DNA of 46,611 bases from Hyphochytrium catenoides (Eukaryota; Protista; Hyphochytriomycota), in NCBI GenBank assembly GCA_900088475.1, contig FLMG01002768.1, positions 1-46,611 of the forward strand. The letters are read 5' to 3'. The notes below the pieces were generated by a model. That model did no database searches, was not told the origin of the DNA, and saw only the letters and a list, made by a program, of their open reading frames with translations. Below are positions 26,555 to 36,390 of the stretch, piece after piece; within the stretch, counting starts at the first letter, position 1; the number at the start of each line of letters is the position of its first letter. Made by a program: the position numbers and the translations under genes.

Positions 26555-27484
26555 TCACCGTTGGGCCTCTTGAGTTACTGGCGGTAGGAGCCTCTTAAAG
26601 ATAAGCCGCATATGATGGTGTCTCGCCCCGCGCAAGAGCCGTAAAGTCTGTTCGTACCCCAAGTCGGCAGCTAGCCGTCCATCCACCTCGAGCAGCACAT
26701 CGCCCACTCGAATTCTGTGCTGCCTTCGCGAGCACCGAAGAGGCCGATTGATAACCCTGACCAGCGGGAGACCACGCCACTCCTTGAACTCCATGCTTGA
26801 GAAGGGTGAAGTGATAGTGTGCTCGATAAGATGACGGGAGAGGAACTGCATCCGAAGAGGAGTCTTCTCTTCTTCTCCTTTACTGTTACTCCTTATCAGC
26901 TCGGCGAGTTGCTTTGCACTGACGCCGTGCACCTGCTTCCCATTCACTGAAAGGAGCTTGTCCCCCACCGACGCTTTCAACAAGGCCGCTGGAGGGATGC
27001 CATCTGCCTTCAGCCTCGTTCTAAGGCTCCTTATATAGAAACATCCATCTGTCGAGCTTCTCTGAAGTGCCAGCCCTAGTTTCTGCTTGGGCTGCCTTAC
27101 GAAGACATAAGGTACGCCCGGTGATACTGAACTCAGTGGATCACTGAAGGAGCGGGGCCTCGGATTTATCACACTCGGTCGTGGGATGAGGGGGCGAGTG
27201 CTTTTTGGAATGGCTTGGCTTGTGCCCAAGACAAGCGACGAGGTAGTGGTCTGGAAGGGTAGTGGTGGAAGCGTAGTTAGACGGTTGTCTCTCGCAACAT
27301 CTTCTGTAGGCTCCTCGTCGGCAATGGGCTGGAGGGCCTTTTCAGGCCCTACCCGCTCCTTTAAGGGAGAGAAGTACTGGGTGTAACCTATGGCTAAAGG
27401 CTCAAGCTTCAGAGCTTCCCAACGCAAACCTCTCAGCTGCTCCTCCTGTTCTTGCTGCTGATTGTCTATTCCTGCCGCCGCCAT
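26555..27484 (-). CDS. Tandem PDZ-domain protein
   Basis: KLGLAL...VGDKLLSVNGKQV...LAELIR and IRVGDVLLEVDG...TLRLLR are PDZ signatures; Pro/Ser-rich N-terminus. Extra 3' exons near 26030-26450 are possible. Confidence 0.75.
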   Translation of the reverse strand: MAAAGIDNQQQEQEEQLRGLRWEALKLEPLAIGYTQYFSPLKERVGPEKALQPIADEEPTEDVARDNRLTTLPPLPFQTTTSSLVLGTSQAIPKSTRPLIPRPSVINPRPRSFSDPLSSVSPGVPYVFVRQPKQKLGLALQRSSTDGCFYIRSLRTRLKADGIPPAALLKASVGDKLLSVNGKQVHGVSAKQLAELIRSNSKGEEEKTPLRMQFLSRHLIEHTITSPFSSMEFKEWRGLPLVRVINRPLRCSRRQHRIRVGDVLLEVDGRLAADLGYEQTLRLLRGARHHHMRLIFKRLLPPVTQEAQR

Positions 27485-28195
27485 TGTGTCACAATCTAAA
27501 GTCAACTTTGCTCTGTCGTCTCCTTCTTTCGAGACCGATAGTCTTCATGGCACTTCTGAGAGACACTTCCTATCCTCTCAAGTGGCCCCCGCCTGAGCAC
27601 TGGCGCTATCTTCCATCCATGAAGATGTGAAATAGCGGATGCAGCCTGGCTGACAGCTGTTCCCTCCGCTGCTGAGTACATAGATTATGTCCCAGCTCCA
27701 TCGGTCGGCCAAAGGCTGCGGAACAGAGCCTCTCAGCTCTCGATGAGCTCTAACGCTTCAACGCACCGGTTCCCTACCTCGCCCTTTATTATTATCCAGT
27801 GCGCCAGCCGCCAGCGCCATCATAAAAACGGATCAGACGCACCCGAAACGCCACCATGTTAATTTCGGGAAAGATGGTAAAGCGTTAAGAACCAAAAGAA
27901 AATGATCCGCCTGAGATAATCAGGAATCAGTTATCTAGAGACAAAGCTTCAGATAGGGTTTATCGAGGGAGTGACCAGGAACTGCTGACAATGGATTCCT
28001 AGAGCTCAATCTCCTCGCTGAGGTACGCCTCCATGCAGATCTTTGCAGGTCCAAGATACGCAGATCGAGCCTACTTCTTCAGACTTAGATTGTACTATGC
28101 GCGCGCGGGAACCATGACTTAGGGCCTTGGAGCTCTGACATCAATCTACTTCTAGTTCTCACAGTGCAGAACGAATTATAAGACGCCATTGTCTG

Positions 28196-30560
28196 ATGGA
28201 TCCGGAACTGGAAGCAGATGAGGAAGAGTCACAGATGCTCGAGGCTCCAGCGAAGGTGGGGAAGGAGCAGGGCAAAGTTCTAATCACCTCAAAGCGACTC
28301 ATGTGGCAACCCTCCATTGCCACCGAATCTGCCGTGGCAAGCGTTGACTGTCCGTGGACCGCAGTGAAGAGTAAGTCGAAACTGAGCTTCTGCAGTCCAA
28401 CGTGAAAGGACCAATTAACCTCCCGTTGACTTTAGGCCATCAAGTTAGCGCGAACAGCACTGCTCGCGCGATGATGAAGCTCAACATGAAGGATCCAAAA
28501 GGCAAGCATGACACTCTTTGCCGCTCCACTTACTTCTTTAAGTATGCTCCGCTATTCGAGCAGTTTCCTCTCTCCTTCGCTTCGCCGGTTCTTCTGTCTC
28601 GATCTCTTTGCACTACTTTCGCATCGCTGCTGTGCTTTGTCTCATAAATTTGTCTTGTCTTTCCCTGCCTTCATCGTTGTCTGTGGTCTCATGCAAGGCT
28701 CTAACGTCTTTGCGACTCCCTCGCAGCCTCTTCAGTCGTCATTGAGTTCCTAGGCAACACTCCGGACGAGGCGAGAGCGAGCCGGAACCAGGCGAAAGAC
28801 CTGATCTCCATGCTTCTCGCGGGACTAAAGAAGCTCGAATCTGACGGAAACAAGAATAACGATGCCTCAGCTGGTGGCTCTTCCTCCTCTTCTTCCCCTT
28901 CTAGGCCCTCAGCAGGCGCTACGAAGCCCTTGTTGGCTAAGCGGCCGTCTCTCGTAGAGAGTAGGATACCCATGGACATTCAGACACGTGAAGCTCTTCT
29001 TGCCTCTGACCCCGTGCTAAAGCAACAACACGACGAGATGGTGGGCAGCGGGTTAGTGAACGTTGAGGAGTTCTGGGCCACAAGACAGGGTCTCCTACTG
29101 AATGAGATTGGCAAGCGGCAGAAGACAGGTCCAGCCAATGCCTTTCTCTCTGATATTCGTCCCGAGGAAGAGCCGAACTCCAACAGAGTGAAGTACAAGC
29201 TAAATGTCCACACGGTGCAGCAAATCTTCGCCCAGTATCCGGCAGTCCACCTGGCCTACAAGGACCTCGTGCCAGACAAGATGACAGAGAAGGACTTCTG
29301 GTACAAATACTTCCAGTCAAAGTATTTTCATAGAGACAGAGGCAAGGCCACCGGCAAGGCAGATGCCGCCTCGCTTGACATCAGTGATGACCTCTTCGCC
29401 AAGTATGATGGCAAAGCAGAAAAAGATAAAGAGGGAAAGGCTGCGGATGTGAGAGGAAAAGTGGACCGGCTGATGGATCTCATCATCACAGAAGACGGCA
29501 GGCTTAGAAAGAGCACCCTGCAGGTCAATGAAGAGACTGTCCCGGAGACTCAGGCAGCTGCTAGTGAAGCTGCGACGATGGTCTTGGCGAAGTTTAATCG
29601 TCATGCACAAATTGTGCTGGATCCGTTATTGCACGAGGGTGATCAACCGCGAAAGGGTCCTAATTCTGCTTCAGCTGCGGCTTCTATCAGGGCCGCCGTG
29701 GAGCTCGAAGATTTGGAGAAGAAGTCTGAAGAAGAGTTCGCCCCACTCAAGATTCAGGATGAGAGGATGTACTTCGATGTGAGAAGCGAGGCGCTTCCTC
29801 ACAAAGAGACTGTCAGTCATCCAGCGACGTCAGGTTAGAGCCCATTTTGCCAAGCAAGAAGACTCTTGGTCGACCTCCTCTCTCTTTCCCTTCTCCTGTT
29901 TTAGCTGTGCGCCACCTAATGATGACCGCCTGTTGCTCCTAGCCTCTGTATTGCCTCGCCCGCCAACTCTAGTCTCTCCACTGTCTTGACGTCCATCTCT
30001 AGACTGCGTCACCCTAACGGCTTCGTTTTGTCCCTTGTCATCCACCAGCTGACGTTCAGAAGGCAATGACGCTAGACCTGAAGCTCAGTGCGGCGTTTCC
30101 TAATCCGCGTAGCTCGGATAAGGTCTTTGCAGACATCATGAGTAAGGCAGCGCCGGCGGGAGCGGAGAGCGGACTTGGGTTGGGAGGAGGTGGAGGTGAT
30201 TCTCTCTCAAGTATCCCGCCTGAATTCAAGACCAAGATTTTCTCATATTTCCACTCCACGGGAGAGCTTCTCAGGCATTTTTGGGCCTTCTGCTCTCTCC
30301 CTCCGTCCGCCGAGACAGAGTCAAAGCTTGACCGCATTGTGGCGCGGATAAGCTCCAAATATGAGGAGATAGAGACGTTGAGAAGGAATCTTCCTGCTCA
30401 GCAGAAGAGTCGTTTGGGGCCGGTACTGAAACCTCTCCTAGACCAGCTTAACAACGCCATTGTGGAGAAGGCAGGGAGACAGAAGAGGAGGGAAGAGAGG
30501 AGAAGAGCCTTGCAGATGAAAGGACTTAAAGGGACCCTCAAGGTTGCATCAGGGCGGTGA
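28196..30560 (+). CDS. GTF2H1: TFIIH subunit p62/Tfb1; exons ~28196-28370, 28436-28501, 28727-29833, 30049-30560
   Basis: N-terminal PH-like region, two BSD domains (EEFWATR; IFAQYPAV...MTEKDFWYKYFQSKYFH), C-terminal ELLRHFW. Confidence 0.92.
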
Positions 30561-30969
30561 GGCGGGGGAGGCAAGGAGATCTTGAAAGTTTGTCAGTCGG
30601 TACAGGATCCATCGAGGGGACACTGACTGTGAAGAAGTCTTCTGTTACCTCCACAGCGAAGGTAGCGTTAGAAAGAGCAACCATTTTATTTATGCAGAGG
30701 ATAGATGCCTGACTTTGAAAGGAGCAACGGGATATGCTTGAGTGTACTGAGGCATAAGCCGCTACACTCGCAGCTTTAGCTTCATGCCCCGAAGAAGAGG
30801 TTCGTTGAGACGAAGCAGCGATGTGAAGGCTGACGGACATTGAAAGGGGCGAGGTCAGCCGAGGCAGCAGAGCAGGCACTCTTAGTTGCTTATTAAACGA
30901 AGAGATGTGCCTGTATTGAACGTATACTGATTATATTGTCCCTTTGCGCAGTGTGACGCGTGTCATCCG

Positions 30970-31383
30970 CTACGCCCTCAGGGAAAGCCGGAGTGGGTAT
31001 GCGCAAATGTACGAACCACTGCTCCAGTCACATGTCAGCCTGTCCTTGTTAAATAGAAAGCACTTCCTGCCAAAATGCCTGTGGCACCACTGGTCACACT
31101 GCTCTCTTCTTGAGAAACAATAACCCAAACGCTTCTGCTGCTGTCTCGCTGAGAGCTTCCGCACTTCCTGATCTTCTGGTCCAACTGATGGGTCAGCTCG
31201 GGTGACTGCACGGAGATGAGACGAATGGTCGGAAAACAGCTGTGGAGTTTGTCTTCCTCCCTCTATCCGCTGCTGCTCCGTAGCTGTTGTTGCAGTCGGG
31301 TCTGCTGCGCGTCCTCCCTCCGAGGCAAGCCAAAGAGCGACCAGTGCCACGGAGAGTAATAACGTCCGAAGAAGGGAGTGCAT
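30970..31383 (-). CDS. Secreted 137-aa prepro-protein with a C-terminal 6-cysteine domain
   Basis: Intronless ORF from M at 31383: hydrophobic signal peptide, polar pro-region, KR site, then C-x6-C-x3-C-x7-C-x9-C-x8-C. Confidence 0.7.
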   Translation of the reverse strand: MHSLLRTLLLSVALVALWLASEGGRAADPTATTATEQQRIEGGRQTPQLFSDHSSHLRAVTRADPSVGPEDQEVRKLSARQQQKRLGYCFSRREQCDQWCHRHFGRKCFLFNKDRLTCDWSSGSYICAYPLRLSLRA

Positions 31384-33679
31384 GTTAGAAGAAGGTTGTG
31401 ACTCTTTCTCTTTTTCTGATGGGCTTCCTGCTCTTGTCCTTATCCTCCGTAGCGGTAGGTTGTGATTCACAGCTAGCGGTACCTTGCTCTGGAGGTTCAG
31501 GGCCGGTGGCTGGAATGAGAAGAGAGAGAGGGAGAGGATTCCTCCGAGCTGTAGGCTTCTGTCTTATCTTGAGCAGTTTGGAAATGAAGGTGACGGTGTA
31601 TAGCGGAGGACTATCGTCTTCTCTCTTCTCTGTCCTGCTGGTCCATATACTATGAAAAGGAACAGGTAAGATTACTCTTGTCAATCGGCTCCTGCTCCCT
31701 CTCTCTCCTGTGACGGATTCTGAGGAGGCTAGTGTTCCTCTGGTCGGCTTCTCTCATCTTCATTAATGTTCTCTCTGTCCTTTCTCTCAGTCTTCCTCTC
31801 TCTCTCACTCACACACAATCTCTCTCTCGCACACTCTGTCTCTTGGATCTTCTCCAAGAACCCCACGATGGCGGCGCTTGCTCTGTCAAGATACCTCTCA
31901 TGGTCAGTCGCCGATGGCCGTGCTAGACACGCCAGTCGAGCGATGGCTCGTGCTGCAAAAAAAAAAGCCGACTCTATCTAGGAGGAGGCCTGCGCAGCTC
32001 CAGTGCATGATATGTGTGTCCTTGAAGAAGACAGTCGCTTGCAGTTCCTGCCACCACGTGAGCATACGTCATCAGAAACAGCAGCTGCCGCGTCTCAGGA
32101 AATGCTTCGCTTCTCTGTCTCTCTTCTTCTTCCCCCTCTCTCTTTCTCTTCTCACTCTGACATTTTATCGGCGCACCTCTCTCTTCCTCTCTGATTTGTG
32201 CTCTCTTCTCTTGCTTTTCCCACATTTTTTTTTCGTTTTCTCCCTTCCTTCCTCCTGCGCCTCTTCTCCCCTTTCCTAGCACTATGTCTCCTTCTCTTCG
32301 TTTTCCCTTCGAGTGCCAACTTTCTCTTCGGCTGTCTCCGACAGCAAGCAAGACACCAGCGGTAAAGAAGAAGATCCCGAACAGAAGGAGCATTTATAAC
32401 ACTAGCAACTCTAATCACTAGGGGCGAGACAGTACAGCGTGATCAAGAACGACCTGGGCAGACACCATCACCCCAACCCCCAAAACAGCCCAGTAGATCT
32501 GTGGATTGCTTGCAGCAACCCAAAGGAGCAGCCTCCGCTCCTGTGCACAGTGAGACAGGCGGCTCGGGGTGTGCTCAGTATTAGATCACTCAGTATACAG
32601 GCAAAGACCTTCTAGAATAGGCCTTTCCCGGACTGTGCTCTGACTCTGAGCGTCTCGCAAGCATGAACGGCTACACCTCCTTTGAAGGCCCAAACCAATG
32701 GTCAGCGACTTCTCGTCTCCAGAATACTTTAGGGCGTGTGACGTCCTCCATCAGGGCCGCGCCGTCAGCCAGAACTCTTGCTAAATGCAGCTGCCCCTGC
32801 TAGCTACCTAGGAGTAGGAACCGCTATCTGAGCGTCAAGCTGCAAATAAACGACTATGAAGCTCCTCGTTATGAACTGTCGGGCGACAGTTTGACCCGTT
32901 AGATTTTGTCATCGTTTTCTTTATCTCTTACTTCCAAGGTCTTCATGGCAGGAGGAAAGACAGCTATCCATCAGCCCCCTCCCCTTCCCCCCATTTTCTC
33001 CTTCAGTGCTCTATCTCTCGCTCCGATCTTTCATCTTTCTCTCCCTCTCTAACCACCAACTGCTGCTCGTTGTTGCTGCCGAGTAAATAGAGGGAGAAAA
33101 GGGTAAAGCTAGTGCCACGCTAGGCTAACCCTAAGCTAGGCGAGGGATGAGGTATCTATGCACTTTAGAGCGGTAGTAAGGAGCCCAGAGCACAGGACAA
33201 AAGGAGAAAAGATGCTTGGAACTACAGAGAAATGAGGCGGTGACGAACCAGAACAGCTTACGTGGGAGAGAGAGTGTGCGTCGTTGCTCATGAGACCAAG
33301 GAGCAGTGCTAGCGGAAGGCAAGGGAAGCGATATAAACGCGTCCTGCGCTTCGACGGTGCCATGGGACGAGCTCGTGGAAAAGGTGAGCGCAGGACGGCC
33401 AGGAGAAAGACTGAAATATGAAGTTGGTTAGAAGTCATGCAGACTGCACTCTAGGCCAGCAGTCCTTAGATATAAATAGAATAATAATAGCGCCAGCTTG
33501 AGCAGGATGTGGCAAGAAAGTAAGACCACTATATCCAGCACACTGCTAGGGAGAGAGTTGAGTACCCACAAAGATAAACAAGAGGCCCAAAGGAAAGGCC
33601 ATTGAGGAGAATGGATCCTTCGTCAGGTAATGGCAGCTGCAGAAACAAGGAGCATCAGCTTTTCTCATGTCGCTTCTTT

Positions 33680-35537
33680 CTATTTCCTCTCCGCCTTGTT
33701 GATTTCTTCGAGCACGATTCTATCGGCAATAAAATCAGCCAGAATGTCCGCACCATGATCGCTTGAGCCTACAGCACAGCACAAAGTATGAGACAGGATG
33801 CTTAGCAACAGAACCAACAGAGCAAATATGCCAAAAGGCAGCAGCATAGAGAGAATGGGGAAGCGAGCCCGAGAGCGAGGAAGAGAAAGGGACGACGTGC
33901 AGGAGGGACCCCGCGGGAAGGACAAGAGTGAACTGTGACAACAACCCAAAACGCGGCACGAGAGAAATCGTGGTAAAGGTCGGAAGAGGGATGATGAAAG
34001 AGGAATATTCAGCAGAAGAGCAATGGTAGAAGAGGGTACAAAATTGTGAAATGCCCCTGTGTATGACAGAGAGACAGGGGAGAGAAATAGTGAGATGGAA
34101 GAGTAACACTTCTGAGAGGAAACTAGGGCACGAGTATCGGCAGACTGAAGCAGACGTGGAGTTAAAGAGCTAAGAGAGTCAGATAAAAAGGTTGCGTTTC
34201 AGCAGACCTTTCTGTCCCTTCTGGTTAAGGGACAGCTCAGCAAAGACCAACTTGGCGGCTCGGGAGTTGGCCTCTTCGCTAAGATCTAGGGGCAAAGACA
34301 GCATTGGTGGCAAGCAGACCGTTGAGTGGACAGCTCCGGAGTAACGCAAAAAACTCCGGAGTAACGCAAAAATACTCAACGGAAGAAGGAGGTTAAGCAA
34401 GTTTCGACCAAGTTGGTGAAGAGTTCCCGGACAAAGAAGGCCCTCTGATCCCTGTTGTGCCTCTGTCTCTTCTCTCACCAGGAGGCAGTGCCATATTCTG
34501 TGGTCGGGGAGCTTGAGGAGAGACCGAAGGCTGCGCGCGAGGCGTCGGCGCTGGCGCCCCGTTCCGTCGATTATCATATTTTCCACTGGTAGCTGAGGTA
34601 GACGAAAGAGGAATCGAAAGAACGCTCGGGTGAGTCATAGCAAGACCAAGATAGAAGGACAAGGCCTTGAGGAGGACAGAGTGATAGTAGCGCAGGGCTA
34701 GCCATACAAAGAGAGAAGCAATCGGGTTATCAATAAGGTACTCTTGAGAGTCAAGCAGTAGAAGGGAAGCCATTAAATGGATTGGAGAGAGTTAAAGTGA
34801 GATAGAGGCAAGAAAGACGATCGGACAGTGACAAAGGAAAAACTCCCCCCACCATTGAGAACCGCCGATGTTGGTCCTGGAGCTCCTGTCATGACTGAGG
34901 TCGACTGCAGCTCATACTTAATCATGTTCAGTTCTTCCACACCGCGGCGGAGCTCCTGCTGAAGCTGTAGGAGACAGAACCAAAGCCATAGGAGGTCAAT
35001 TGCCAACCAAAGCCATAGGAGTCAATTGCCAACCAAAGCCATAGGAGGTCAATTGCCAGGAAGAGTCAATGCATATAATGCGGACCAGTCTAAGGGCGGG
35101 AGACGTGGATAGAAGGAGCTTTGGAGAGAGGGAGAGACAAGTGTCTTGCTCGACCTGATAGAACTCGCTGTCCTGGTTCATTATGTGAAGCTTGGCTCTG
35201 CTGCGCTGTATGAAACCGAGGCTCTTTCCCAGCACCCATCCCAGGCCCTGCGCTACCTTTGGCACTTCTCGACGGCCTACCACCAACAACAGTGAAGAGT
35301 TGCCGTTAACAGAAGCGACCTTGGAAACACAGAAATGCAGGGGGCGGTAGCGAAGAGGTTTATGGGATGCGGACGGATAAAACAGCGAAAGGCGGCAAGG
35401 TAGGAGCGATGCAGCATAAAGAAGAACAACACTGGTTAAGTCGTTGACATTTGCCCTCTCTGACTTAAAGGTCGCGGCTCACCCATCAAGATGCCAGCAC
35501 CGCCAGCCACAAGCAGCAGCTTGATGATTGACGTCAT
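33680..35537 (-). CDS. Nucleus-encoded mitochondrial TatB-like protein, 189 aa, 6 exons
   Basis: Exons 35537-35483, 35276-35155, 34964-34853, 34592-34479, 34285-34208 and 33768-33680 total 570 nt in frame, all GT-AG. N-terminal short TM, G hinge, amphipathic helix (GRREVPKVAQGLGWVLGKSLGFI), ELRRGVEELNMIKYEL, C-terminal GADIL. Confidence 0.75.
34978..35058. repeat. 27-bp minisatellite x3 in intron 2 of the TatB-like gene
   Basis: aaccaaagccataggaggtcaattgcc x3 (middle copy 1 nt shorter). Confidence 0.9.
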
Positions 35538-36390
35538 GGCGCTATCTTCCGTCCCTCGCTTTGTCAAGCTCTGCTGGGGTCCTCAGGTGTCAGAGAGCAT
35601 GTAGCTCGCTATGATCTTCTTCTTCTCCTCCTACGAGCATCGCCAGCACCTGACCTTCGGTGCGTTGGCCCTCCACCTTCACCTTCCACGACGGTGAGAG
35701 TATCTGTGTGCCCGTTCTCTCCGCCCTCCTACCTCTGCAGCCGATGAAGATCAATAATCTCTGCTTGGTCTCTGCTCCGGGAGTCTGCTACAAGCTCCAA
35801 ACTCCAGTATGTCCCAGGCCCTTCTTTCCAATAACCTCCCCAGACCTACCCCGGGAGTAAGAATCAGCCATATGATCAAGCTTCGTCCAGTGCCAGAGGA
35901 GAGGAGAGGAGGAGGAGCTGCAGTGATATAGATAGTGGGCCAGGCACTCTAACTCTGAGTGCTAAGAAGAGGTCGGTCATTGGGTCTCCATGGTCTACAA
36001 GCTGAGGTGAAGACCTAAAGAGACTGCCTACAGGTAAGAAGCTCAAGAGAGAGAAGCCAACACAAGGGACAGTCAGTGCGGGTTGCTATCGAGAGGAGGA
36101 GACAGCATGAGATGCAAGGCTAAGCGTTCAGCTGAAAGCCTGAAGACCATCGGCGTCCTGACCCAGTCAGATGCAAAGACTGCCCACTAACGCGTCGCTT
36201 GTGGAACCATTTAAAAATACAATCCCCTGGTTTATTGTACGGAGTTATCTACCAGGAGAGGACGGCAGGAGGAGACCGTATCAAAGGCTCCCGATGGATG
36301 AAACAGTGACGGACACTTAGAGAAAAGAGAACTGATGCTAGAGAGTGAGGAAGGGAAAGATGATACAACAAAGAGAAGACACACTCATGG

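Noticed and set aside
34978-35058. CRISPR-like repeat
   Set aside because: Head-to-tail tandem copies without spacers, inside a eukaryotic intron.
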